Source: Cenococcum geophilum
Lineage: Eukaryota
Length of the DNA: 64,000 bases
Assembly (NCBI GenBank): GCA_050273025.1
Contig: CP158636.1
Coordinates: forward strand, 310,001-374,000
Direction: 5' to 3'
This document shows, in pieces, positions 22,527-35,674 of this stretch. The first letter of the stretch is position 1; every line of letters begins with the position of its first letter. Position numbers and translations under genes: made by a program. The notes beneath the pieces are model-generated. The model ran no database searches, was not told the DNA's origin, and worked only from the letters and a program-made list of their open reading frames with translations.

Positions 22527-25500
22527 AAGCCTACTGTAGTACCTGCTATAAGGTTCTATTATACAATTACTACCTAGTTACGGTGTTAAGTATAAAAAGT
22601 TAAACAATATGCTACTAAAAGCAGCCACTATAACGCCATTAACGGCGGCAACTACTTTAAGGTTAGGAGGTAATACTAGTATAGCAGATACTAAGTTATA
22701 GCAACCTATAACGGTTAGACAACTATAAGAGATAGTTAATTAGCTAATAATAAACAATGCGGCGCTAGAAGAAAGGGTTAATAGAATAAGAGCAGCGAAG
22801 ATTAAGTTATTATTAATTAAGAGATACTTAGGAGAGAGATTAAAGCTTAAAGGATTTCTTATATAAATATACTTTAAAGTTATATAAAAAGAAGTAAAAC
22901 TGCTAACACCTATGGATTAAATAGCCTATACAGGACTATTCCTATTAGGAAGGGCACTTAAGTAATTTAAACCTTACCTTACGGAAATATAGGTAAATGG
23001 AATAACGACCACCAATTAGGAGGTATAATTTATATTCTTAAGCTAAGAAGGATTTATAGAGCGACTTATATAAATGTTTAGAGACCTAGAGGCAGTAACT
23101 ATAGTGAAAAGAAAACTCTAAGATATTACGTAGTAAACCTTAGTAATTAAGTATACTATGTAGTTCTAAACGCTAGCAATATAAGTTAAGTGAAATAATA
23201 AGGCGCTTATGGCATAGTATAAACAGGGACTTAAGGCTAAAGTTTAGGACGTAATTATTTTAATAGAAGATGCGGACACCCTATAGGAGTTAATAGATTA
23301 AGCGATTAAGATTAATAATTAGATCTACTAAAGAGAATAGGCTAAGAGAGATTAGGATAGAGTTCTATAGTTATATAAGACGTAGAGTACGTAATAACTA
23401 AAGCCAAATTAGAAACTATAATATGGCGTAAAGTTAATAGGCCTAAGTGGTACTAAAGAAGCCTATAAGAGATAGAGTAAGAAACTATAGAAACCTAAAG
23501 GTTAAGGATTTAGTAATTATAGGATTAAGGAGCAGAGGCTAAACCAGGAATCTTAATAGTAGAAGACGTTTAGGCGGACTCTATAGTAAAGTTAGTGGTT
23601 TAAAGATAGAGCTTATATAAATTGCGGGAAATAAGGTTATTTTGCGAGGGATTATAAAGATAGTTAGAGTTACTATATAATAAAGGGAACTAGACTAGTA
23701 GTAGAAGACATATATATATAGAGGGATAATAGTATACTGCGGGAAATAAAAGAATGTTTAATTAGAAGTTTCGCGTTTTGTTATAATAACGTATACTAAA
23801 TTTATAAAGACGCTAAGTATAGCGTAAGCTATTAGGTATAGGAGCTAAAATCCTTAAAATATAGAGGGACTAATAAACCAGTTTGTAGATTGGATATTAA
23901 GGACAATAAATTTAATATAGGCGAAATATTTAATAATGATAAGGTAATAAGGGCAGCTTACTAGAAGTATATAGACCTTAAAGATGTTATATAAGAGGCA
24001 GAGGATAATTCCACTATAGAATAGGGAATATTAGTAGGGATTAAGACCCTATTAGACACGATGTCTATCACTTTATAAGATATAAGAGAAGTAGGATAGC
24101 GAACCACTTCGGCACTTAATAAAGGCAAAAGGCTAAAGGCTTAAGATTCTTAAAGCGGGATAGGGAGCAGCTAAGGTTCTTAGGATAGGATAGGGTAGGC
24201 TTAGGGACCTATGGTAGACGGTAGCTAATAGGGTAGAGTAACAGCTTAGTTTAAAGATATATAAATAAGCTTAGGATAGAGTTTCCTATAGACACAAGAT
24301 TCTCAAGATAAGATAAGTAAGATTTAAGACTTTTAAGATAAGATAAGAACACTTAAGCCTAGTTAGACTAAGGTAGGAGTAAAGCTTAAAATAGAAGCAA
24401 GCTTAGGATTAAGAATCCTATAGAACTAAGATTTTAAGATATAAATAAGGACTATTAATAAAATTAAGAAGTAGGAAGACTTTAAAGATATACTTATAAG
24501 ACGCAAAAAGAAAGAAACTATAGAGGAATTTAGAGTAAGAATTACCTTATAGCAAGATTAGAAACTAGATAAGAGATTTAGTATACTAGGTTGTATAAGG
24601 GACAGAGTACCTGTATAAAGAATTACTAATAGGCCTAAGATAGGTATACTAAGAGCTAAGTGGCTTACCAAACTAGAATAAGAAGAGGATTTAGGGATTC
24701 TAACTAGGTTTAAAGAACGACATATAAAGGGCTATTATAACGTAGTAATAAGAAGATACTTCTTTACGGATAAGCTGTATATACTTAAAGGGTTATACTA
24801 AAAGTAGTATAGACAACAACATAATAACGAGTGGGAAGATTTCTATATATAGTTAGATAAAAAAGTTATCTAAAACTACCTAATTATAGAGAAGGCTATA
24901 AGTTATATTAAAGGAGTAATTAGAGGACTAGAGAAGTAAGAGGAAAATCTTAGTACCTATAAACGAAGTTGCAACGCTTAAATTAATACGAGAAAGGTTT
25001 AAATTTAAGGATAAAGACGAGCTAAGAGTTAACCTAAGACACTAAGTATACTATATATTGGTATAAATTGTATATATAGATAATATATATAATATATATA
25101 GAGTACTAAAAGATAAGAACCGGAAGTATCTAGTAAGGATATATTAGGCACTAGACGAGGCAGAATATAGAAATACTAAGTATATATATAGTTGGCACCT
25201 AGTAAAAGTATAAAGCTAAGGGGACTTAATACTTTAGCTAGGAAGATTCCTTACGGAAGAATGCCTAGATAGATAATAGTGGTAGGAATGCTTAGAGAAT
25301 ACGTATTTATAGTATATTAAAGATAAAAAGCGAACTAAGTATTAGCTAAAGACGGACTAAGTATAAGTAGGATTAAGTAGCTAATAATTAGAAAAAGTAG
25401 AGGCCTATAAGACTAGAGGAGACTAGTAATAGAGCCTTAAACCCTTAAAGGAATTTAAGAATAATACCTAAACCTATAAGTTAAGTAGTAAGATTAGCAG

Positions 25501-26939
25501 TTTGAAGCACTAATAGATAGTAGAGTAATAAGGAACTATATTTTACTAGTAGTAGTTAAAAGAATAGGGTTACTGTATAGGAAAAAGGAGCACCCTTACC
25601 TATTAGTAATAATTTTAGGAGATCCGATAGCCTATAAAGGAGGTATTATTAATCTTAAAACAGGACCTATTTAGTTAACCATTAAAGGGAGATAGATTAA
25701 GATGTCTTTTAATATATTACTATTAGGGAATAATAAGGTAGTACTAGGAATGCCTTAGTTATAGGAATACAATTTAAAGATTAATTAGGTTATAGGTTAA
25801 GTTAATATTAGGGATACTTAACGCTATAATGTAATAATAAGCCAAGCTAGTATGGTACTAAGTAGGAGCAACCTATAAAGAAATAGAAAAGGGACTAAGC
25901 TATATACTAAAGAGATACTATAAGTACGGCAAAAAACTATAGTCACTAGAAAGTAAGAAGCTATTAGAGTATATAGTATAGGACTATAAAATAGAATTAG
26001 AACTAGAAATAAGTTTATAGTTTTTTCTAATCTATAAGCTTACTAAAGAGGAAGGTAGAGTATTAAAAGAGTTTATCTAGGAAAACTTATAAAAGGGATA
26101 TATTAGACTATCGCAATTATTAGCGGGTTATCCAGTACTGTTTATATTAAAGAAAAATGGTAAACTAAGACTGTATATTAACTATAGACAGTTAAATAGC
26201 ATTACTAGGAAGGATAGGTATCCTTTACCCTTAATTAGTGAAATTTAAGATAGGATAGGTAATATATAAATCTTTACGAAGATAGATCTAAGATAGGCGT
26301 ACTATTAGATTAGGATTAAGGAAGGCGATAAATAAAAGGCAGCCTTTAGGTTAAAGAAAGAACTATACAAACTATTAATTATATAATTTAGGCTTATAAA
26401 CGTACTAATAATATTCTAGAAGCGTATTAACAGTATATTAGGAAAACACTTAGATAAATTTATTATAGTATATCTTAACAATATTATTATCTACTTAATA
26501 ACTTAGGAAGAATATAGAGAATACGTTAAATAGGTTTTAAAGTGTCGGGAATAAGGCAAGTTGCCATCGCATAAAGCATATTGCCGTCACGTGTCGACGT
26601 GGCCCTAGCGTGGTGAGGAACCTTAAGTTCCTCACCCCTTTCCTTATTCCTATCAATAAGAATTAACTAATATTACTGTAACCCTACTTAAGTAGTCGTT
26701 ATTGGTAAGTCACCCTGTATTTCTAATACTAATTAGTGGTTAAATACATAGTCAACTATAGAGCAGCTAGGTTTTTAAATAGAAGAGATAGTCTTATGCA
26801 GGGGTGCTATATACGCTTATATAGAATGGATCCCGGCGATACTGTACTACCTTAGACTTGCGGAAAACTAGTAATAGAAGTGTTACTAAGTACTAGGAGA
26901 TACCAAGTTGCGTCTATTATATAGAACAACCACGTTTAT

Positions 26940-27110
26940 AAAGATTTAGTTAAGTACTTTAGGTCAGAAGTGTCACTAAACCTATAGTCCTAAAATTAAT
27001 GTCCGAAACGTGTTAAACAACTACGCATACAAAGATTTGGTTAAGTACTTTAGGTTAGAAGTATTACTAAACCTACGGTCCTAAAGTCAACGTCTAAAAC
27101 GCGTTAACAA
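26940..27110 (+). repeat. 91-bp tandem duplication in the Copia 5' leader
   Basis: Units start at 26940 and 27031; the copy near 50100-50175 has a single unit. Confidence 0.9.
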
Positions 27111-27179
27111 CATCTTAATTGCCTACCTTTTAACAGTAAACCTACGAGATTCTATAAAGCTAAAAACCCTACCTACCTT

Positions 27180-30100
27180 TGATGTACAACACCCCGTCAA
27201 TTTTATACCTACTATAGCGTTAACCTACCCAAAGAAGTATAAGAAAAGCATTAACCCGGAGATATAAGATACAGACATCGACCCTATAAACGCCAAAAAA
27301 CAGGACCTAAATAGATTCTTAGTATACTATATAGTATACTATACAGACAGCAAATATAACAATACTAAGCTATAGTGTTATATAAAGGAGGACTTTATTA
27401 AATAGATAAAGGAAATATAGGCTCTTGCGAAGAAGGACATTATATAAAACTTCCGTAACTTCCTTTAGGAGAATAGAGTATTTGTCCCTATAGATGGGGG
27501 TGCTATTAAAGATAATATCTAGGAGCAAGTTATCGACGTAAAAGAAGAGCACGAATAGACTCCATAAGAGGTTAAGCACTAACTACGCACTAAAAGGAAG
27601 CTTAACTTACGATAGAATCTAAATAATACGCTAACAGAGACGCGCTCTAATTCCATTGCTCCAGGCACAAGTTCTTACGTTTTATATCTATCGCTTCCAC
27701 CTCTATCTCTAGCTCCCTAGAATCCACTAATTTAACTAGTAACGTTAACCACTACCCCTTAAAAGCAAGCGTAAGATCCCCTTACTTCGCGATTTAATAA
27801 CCTTTAAACTCTACCATAGAAAGATTAGGTACCACGCTATGTTCTACTAAGCCCTATATCTCCACTGCAGCCTACAAAGCAATCCCTACCTTAATCTTTA
27901 ATGTAATTTTAACGTGGTTTAACACTACTTAAAGGCACCTTAAAAATGCTTACAGAGCTTATAAAGCTCTATATAGACTAGGAGAAGAAGTTTAGCGGGG
28001 AACTATATAACATCCTTAATTCGAAGCTGCGTATCTTCTATAACTATTGCTAAAAGGTTAGACTAGAACCTAACTAATATTATAACGCCTATTCCGTTAT
28101 ACTTAAGGGCCGCGCCAGTACCTTCTATTATAATCATTTAGTAGGAAAAGGATACAATTTTAACCAAATGATATATAAGACAAGATGCCACTTTAAAATA
28201 AAAGAGAATAAGCAGCAATATATATTGGAGTGGAGAGAGACTACCTTTCTAAAAATTATTGCTACGAACCTAGGTGTCTCTCAGCTTAATTATCTTTAAA
28301 AGCTCTTTAATTAACTTTAGACAATTTAGCGTGGTTTATCCGAATTATATTAAAAGGACCTTAGCCTACGCGATTAAGTTATTAGCGTATGCCGAGGTAT
28401 TAAAAAATGCAATCTCGCTCTCTTTAACCCTATAAGTACTTACGAAGGAGTATATACTTAATTAAGATCCTCTATTAGCACCGCTCTACGCTCTTAAGAA
28501 GTATAGCAATTTAATGCCTAACTCTAACCTACCTTAATTAACCCAGCCGACTAATATAATTATAACTAGACTAATTAAATATATAGTGGATGTGGTAGGG
28601 GATATAGTAAAGGGTATAATTAACGTCAACTATAAGGCAATTATGGAGGTCCTTATAGAGGTTTACTTCGGAGCAATTATTAGAAGAAGTGCTACGTTTA
28701 TAAGAAGCCAAATTACTAGTTAACTAGACACCCTTTTAATAGACGAAAGGAGGCATATAATAGGTTTCGCTAAAGCGCACGAAATGTCGGAAACTAAGAG
28801 GTTACTATAGCCTACTTCTAAAACTTCCTAGTTTAATATAAAGGCGAAGAAGATTTTAAGGGTAAGGTTAATAAGGCTAAACAGCTCCTTATAGATATAG
28901 AAATTAAGGACTACTCTCCTAACTAATACTTTACTAAGTATAGTAAGGTAAATAGTATATAAACCGTCGCTATCCTTAATAACCAATCTACGCTCCATTC
29001 TATTATAAAGTTAGATATCTTTAATGAGCCAAAGAAAAGTTCCGCGTTCTCCTTTAATAACAGATACTCGGCGAACGTCTTTTATAGTATTATGCCAGAT
29101 ACTGGAGCTACAGGAGTATCTATAGTAGGAGAGCCTTAAGTTCAAGCTCTTTAGTAGCTTAATAGCTCTGTTTAAATTAACCAATTAATAGCAGGCTAAT
29201 ATACAATTCGCTTTGGCAAGGGTACTATAATCTCTCTTAGTACAATTAAGGTCCAAACCCCATTAGGATATATTACTTTCCACATTATCCCCGCGAATAC
29301 CCTATTCCTATTCTGCATCTAAGATATAGACAAATTAGGTATTAAGCTTAACAACCTTAAGAATATGCTTGTCTAGGGAGATAATTAGGTGCCTATTATA
29401 CGCAAGTGGGGTCACCCTTAGTTGCTCCTTTAACAGCTAGAAAGGAGCGTTGCTTAAAGCCACCTAACCAAGTTAGAGTTACGTTAACTATACCGTCGTT
29501 TTGGCCACCTATCTATTTACTAATTACTTAGGGTCCTTTAGCGAGCAGGTTATAAAGTTAAGGTTAAGGTAATTAAACATCTTACGAAGTACTATTACCA
29601 CTACTAAATAAACTAGAAGTCCCCTAGCCGATTTAAGTTTACTCTTAAAGACAACTACAACTTTAACTTCTGCATTATTATAGATGTTATATATCTTAGC
29701 GGCAAGCCAGTACTCTAAGTTATTAACTTTTTAACCTCCTTCTAAGCCGCACGCTTTTTAAAAGATATATTAGCTAGGAACGTATAGGATACTCTTTAAT
29801 TATGCTAGATTAATATCTACCTAGGACCCCCTAATTAAATTGTTCATAACGTAGAAAAGAACTTCTTATCTATAGAGTTTTAATAATAGGTAAAGGCAAT
29901 AACAATTAAGGTTAAGGAAGTCCCCGTTAAGGCATATAATAGTATTAGAAAAGTAGAACAATATTATACGCTATTACGCCACGTATATAAAATCATTTCT
30001 TCGGAACTAGAGGGTGCTAGCGAAGAGCTCATCCTACAGATGGCTGTTAAGGCTGTTAACGATACCGCTGGCCCAGATAGGCTTATACCTACATTACTAG

Positions 30101-32268
30101 TCTTTAGCGCCTACCCTTAAATAACTAACGATTCTCTACTATCTCCCTCTATTGCGTAATAAGCTAAGGCTATTTATAAGGCAATAAAGGAGGTGCGACG
30201 TCTCTACGCCACGCGCTAGGTTAACGACGCACTAGGAATAAGAAATGGCCCAAATACCTTAATTATACTTAATCTGCCACTCTAATCGGAGGTATATATA
30301 TGGCGTAAAAAGGGAGGATAGTTAGGCCCATATAAACTTATTGTAATTAATAGTTAAACTTATACTCTTTAAATGCCCTATAGACCTACTTAATTCCGCT
30401 TAACCGTTGTTAAGCCCTACTATAGGGATAATAGCTCTAAGCCTTTACAGAATACCCTAAAGGATACCCTAGAGAAGAACCACAATTAACGTACTCTAGA
30501 AGGCGAAGGCAATTCTAATATAATTATAGTAGACGTACCGCAACTATAACGCGGTAGAGGTCGCCTAAAGGGATTATAAAATCGCCAATATCTTATCAAT
30601 TTTAAAGAGCAATTTATTACCGCTATTAAGAATGGAGATAAACTATTAATAGCCTTTATAATAGCTAAAGAAAAGGCTAACTTCGAACTCGTAAAACAGC
30701 TCTAAAAGAAAGGCCGTATTATAACTCTAGGAGCTCCTTTCTAAGCATCTAACAAGTAGGAGATCAATAGTCTTATTATAAGAGGAGTCTTTAAATTTAA
30801 GAAATATGACCCTACTAAGTTTAATAGAGTCCGCATATTTAAGTTAAGAATGGTTAATAAGATTAAAGGCAAAGCTACTAATACCCCATTTAAGAAGTCA
30901 AGGCTAGTTATTTAAGGTTATAACAATAACGGTAAGGAAGTAATCCTTATATAATCCCCTATAATTTAATAAGCTAGTTAACGAGTTATTATTACACTAG
31001 CTCCCTCCTTAATAAAGAATAGGATGGCGGTTTACCTGCGAGATATTACTTAGGCCTATACCCAATTAGAGACGCGCCTTTAGCGCTTAATACTAGCATA
31101 CCTTCCAGAGCAAATTCGCCACTAATATCCTAAGGATACGATTATGGTCGTACTTAAGCCATTATATAAAATTACAGAGGCAGGAACTTATTAGTAGGCT
31201 ACCTATAGCAAGTACCATAAGGAGAAGCTTTTAATAACTACTTCTATATTTAATCCCTGCTTCCTTATTATAACTACGGGAACTCTATTTGGAATCGTCA
31301 GCATATAAACGGACAATACAATTATCTTAGGAGACGACCAATTCTTAGCTCTTAAAGAAGATAAGCTAGTAAAGGCAAACCTTATAGCAAAGCCAAAGGA
31401 AAGACTTAACTTAGCAATACCATTACTCTTTAATGGATGTATCCTCTCCCTAAATAAGAGCTCCATTGCTCTACGCCAAAAGGGTTAAGGCAAGAAGATT
31501 AATATTATTAACGTTAATTCTCTAAAGTAAGGATATATAGAGTAACGCGCTCGCGGAGCTTATATGGCTTCTATTTGTTAACCTAAGGCTTCCTTTAATC
31601 TCTCTATTGCCGCTTAACACTAGGAACTAATTAAGGATAACATTCTTGCCCTAAATAAGCGTCTTTCCTAGTAAATGAACCATCTCAATAGGGGACTACT
31701 CTATGTGCCTATTAACCTTCCTACCGCTAAGCTCTTCGTATTTATTAATAGATCGTTTATAAACAATAAAGATTTTAGCTCCTAGCTAGGATATAAGATT
31801 ATTATCGCGAACGAATCTACTAGAGAGAATAACTTTACAATCTACGGCAACCTTATTTATTAAAGCTTAACTAAGAGTAAGCGCGTCACTTAAAGCGTTC
31901 TAGCGTTAGAGATATATGGAATAGTTAGCAGAGTTAATATAGTAATTGTAATTAAAACTACCCTTAAAATAATTATAGACCGGCTCGAACTTTCCGCTAT
32001 CCCTATAATTGTATGCACTAACTTATATTCCCTCTACGAGTGTTTAGTTAAGCTTAGTACTACAAAGGAGAAGCATCTTATAATCGATATTATGGCACTT
32101 CAGCAGTCCTATAAGCGTTAAGAATTCTTTAAGATTTAATAGATTAATAGCCAAAATAACCTAGTAGATATAATGACGAAGGCAAACCCAAACAAGGCAC
32201 TAAAGACATTTATTAATATAAATACTCTATATATACGAGTTAAAGGTTGGGTTAAGAGGGAAATTTAG
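27180..32268 (+). pseudogene. Copia gag-pol polyprotein
   Basis: DTGA protease at about 29098; LHRRFGHPS..C..C integrase zinc finger near 29490-29605; KSRLVIQGY; RDITQAY; KPLYG; QTDD; FVDGSF RNase H; NPAD.MTK. The start is approximate. Confidence 0.88.
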
Positions 32269-32499
32269 AAAAGTTAAGATCTTATGGAACTTCGACCACT
32301 GGTTAAAGTTATTTAATTAGTTAGATTCTTGCCAAGAGCGCCGCGCCTAATTAATTTAGGTAGCAGTATAGACTTCTACTAACTAATTAGGATTTTCCAT
32401 GCCCGGTATAGAAAATCGCCATTAGCTCGCTTACTACTAGCGTCTTAGCGGCCTACCCGTCTTCGCGTTATCTACCAAATTCTGCTAACTACCGCATTG

Positions 32500-32572
32500 T
32501 TGTATATCGTCTGGTTTTATTGCATATTGTCTAGTTTTATTGCATATTGTCTAGTATTATTATATACTGTTT
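32500..32572 (+). repeat. 20-bp minisatellite in the Copia 3' UTR
   Basis: About 3.5 copies of TTGCATATTGTCTAGTTTTA. Confidence 0.85.
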
Positions 32573-35002
32573 GTTTGTATATATATATATAGCAACTATA
32601 AAAAGAAGAGTTGCCAGTGTCGGGAATAAGGCAAGTTACCGTCGCATGAAGCATATTGCCGTCACGTGTTAACGTGGCCCTAGCGTGGTAAGGAACCTTA
32701 AGTTCCTCACCCCTTTCCTTATTCCTATTAATAAGAATTAACTAATATTACTATAACCCTACTCAAGTAGTCGTTATTGGTGAGTCACTCTGTGTTTCCA
32801 ATATAAAGAGACTATAAGAAGAATAGATACTAGTAGTAATTAAGAAATATAAGTTCTTTACTAGGAAGACGAATTTTGTTAAATTTATTATTAAATTAGG
32901 CTAACTTAGTATAGATCTAAAGAAGATCGAGGTTATAGTAAATTGGCAAGAACTAGAGAACGTTACGCAATTAAGATTGTTTTTAGGGTTTTGCAATTAC
33001 TGTAAACGGTTTATAATATAATAGTTAAAAGATATTAAACTATTTACATAATTAACGAAAAAAGAAGACTTATAGGTATGGGGAAAGGAATAGCAAGAAT
33101 TATTTAAAAAAGTTAAAGAATTATTTACCTAGGAGCTAGTTCTTAAGATCTATTAACTAGGACTAAAAATGGTTATAAAAATAAATATATTAGACTTTAT
33201 ACTAAGGGCATGCTTTATATAAAAATATTAAAATAGATAGTACCTAGTAGCATATTATAGTCGGAAAATAACACTACTAGAGTTAAAATATAACATCTAT
33301 AATAAAGAGTTATTAGGTATAGTTACAGCACTAAAGAAATAGAGAGTATTCTTATAAGATATAGAGAAACTATTTATAGTTAAAACGGATTATAAGAACC
33401 TAATAGGATTCCTAATAATAAAGGAACTTAACTAAAGATAGGTTAAATGGGCAGAGATACTTACAGAATACTATTTTAAGTTTTAGTATACTAAAGGTAC
33501 AGATAATATATAAGCGGACGCTCTAAGTTAAAAAACTAAACTATAAAATAATAAGAAGCCATTAGGGGCTTTACTATAAAAAGATATAGACGGACTAATT
33601 AGGTACAATTATCTAAAAATTATAGTAACTTAAGAAGATAACAAACTAGATAGAGTTTATAAGTTACTAAAAAGCTTTTAGGTATAAAGAATTTTAGAAG
33701 CATAACTAGAAGATCTATAGATGGATATATACGAAAATTAAGAAGTAAAATATATCCTAAAAAGTATAGCAGAGTACTTTATAGAAGATTTCTATAAGGG
33801 ATTAACTTAAGGATATAATAGAGTTATAGGCTTAGTGTTAAAACTCTAGGAGGAGTATATTATTAACGGAATCTAAGGCTTAGCACGAAAAATTACTAAG
33901 AAATATTTAGACTGTTAAAGAAATAAACTAATAAGATATAAGCTATATAAAGGGCTATAACTTATTAAAATACTAGAGAGACTATAGGAGGTTATATTAT
34001 AGGACTTTATTTTTAAGTTACTAAAATTAAAAGATCCTATTACCGGATAAGATTATAACGCAATCTTAGTAATAGCAGATAAGCTTATAAAGTAGGGATA
34101 CTTTATAGTATGCATAGAGGAAATATTAGTAGAAGATATCGCTAGAATCTATATTAAAGAAGTGTTCGTAAGATATAGAGCACTAAGTAAAATTATATTA
34201 GATAGAGATTTAAGATTTATAACAGTATTCTAGGAGGTATTCTTAGCGGAATAAGGAGTTAGAGTAGTAACTTCTACTATATATTATCCGCAGATAGACG
34301 GTTAAATAGAAAGATTAAACTAAATACTAAAATAGTATCTAAGGCACTATATTAATTACGCATAGAATAATTAGGTATTATTACTACTAGTTATATAATT
34401 TATATATAATATAATACCATAAAAAGGAATAGGCATATTACTTTTTAAGGCAAATTACGGATATAAGCTAAGAATATTATTATTATTATAATAAGTAAAG
34501 AAAACAAGTAGTATAGCTAAAGAAAGAATAAAGATATTAATGAATTTTTATATAGACTTTATAGAATTAGTAAAAAAGGTATAAGAAAGAATAAAAAGGT
34601 ACTATAATGCTAAGAGATCTAAGGGACTAAATCTTAAGGAGGGAGATAAAGTGTGGCTACTATATAAAAATTTCAAAAGTTAATAACTAAGTAAGAAGTT
34701 AAACCACGTTAGACTAGGACCTTTTAAAATTAAGTAAAGGATTTTACTAGTTATATTTAAGTTAAACTTACTATCTAAAATAATAATCTATCCTATATAA
34801 TATATTGTAATATTAGAGCCAGTATACGGAAATGTTAAGCTACTAGTCTACGAAGTAAATACATATAAAGGATAGGAGGAAGATAAATAATAAGTTTTAA
34901 AGATTATTAACTATAAGAATATTAATAATAAAATATAGTATAAGGTAAAGTAGATAGGCTATACTAAGACTACCTAGGAACTCCTAGAAAATTTAAAAAA
35001 CG

Positions 35003-35674
35003 CTATAGGAAAAGTATAGGAGTATTGAAAGAGATTAGGTTAGATAGTATTAATAAAAAAGGATCGCTAAAAAATAAGTCACCTAAGGGGGACCTAAAAA
35101 GAGTAGTTACTAAGCTACTTAGATCTGTTTCCTTCTTAGCCAAAAGAGGATCTATTTTTTATTACTAAGTTCCTATAGACCCTATTTTATAAGCTTCTAC
35201 TCCTTAAAATAAACCTTTTTATAAATCTTCTTAAGACGGATTAACTGAGTAAATGCCGTAAGATAAGACTTAAGGGCCCGTTACTAAGTATTAGCAGCCT
35301 CCTATTCTGCGTTATAAAAACGGCGTAACTCTACTAAAGTAACGGATAGTTTATTATCTAGCCGCGTAGTAATAAATTAAATATAAGACCCTAAGATAAA
35401 TTAATTAGGGAACTAAACGACTATTAAGAGTAATAAATTATGTATATTTAGTATTAGAGATAAAGCGAACGTTATAGGATAAATAAATATTTGCTTTAAT
35501 GTACTTTAAGTAAAAGGACGGTTGTTATAAAGATGGGTTTACCAACGTAATATAAACTAACCCCTCTTTTAAATAGCGGGAATATGGAGTAGGTATAATC
35601 TTACTAAGAGATAATATTGCAGCGACGGTGTAAGTACGATAAATAGCTAAAGACGGAGAAATTTCTTTAGGTAT
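35003..35674 (-). pseudogene. Antisense Zn2Cys6-like/coiled-coil accessory gene of G2b
   Basis: Colinear homolog of 62871-63543; de-RIP PCSRC.KEGLVC....C.EC.KAN...SC. Confidence 0.65.

Larger units (their letters stand above)
26543..32803 (+). mobile_element. Full-length Ty1/Copia retrotransposon inserted in the G2b RT region
   Basis: 186-bp LTRs at 26543-26728 and 32618-32803; TSD TAAAG; PPT AAAAGAAGAGTTGCCAG; domain order PR-IN-RT-RH. Confidence 0.96.
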
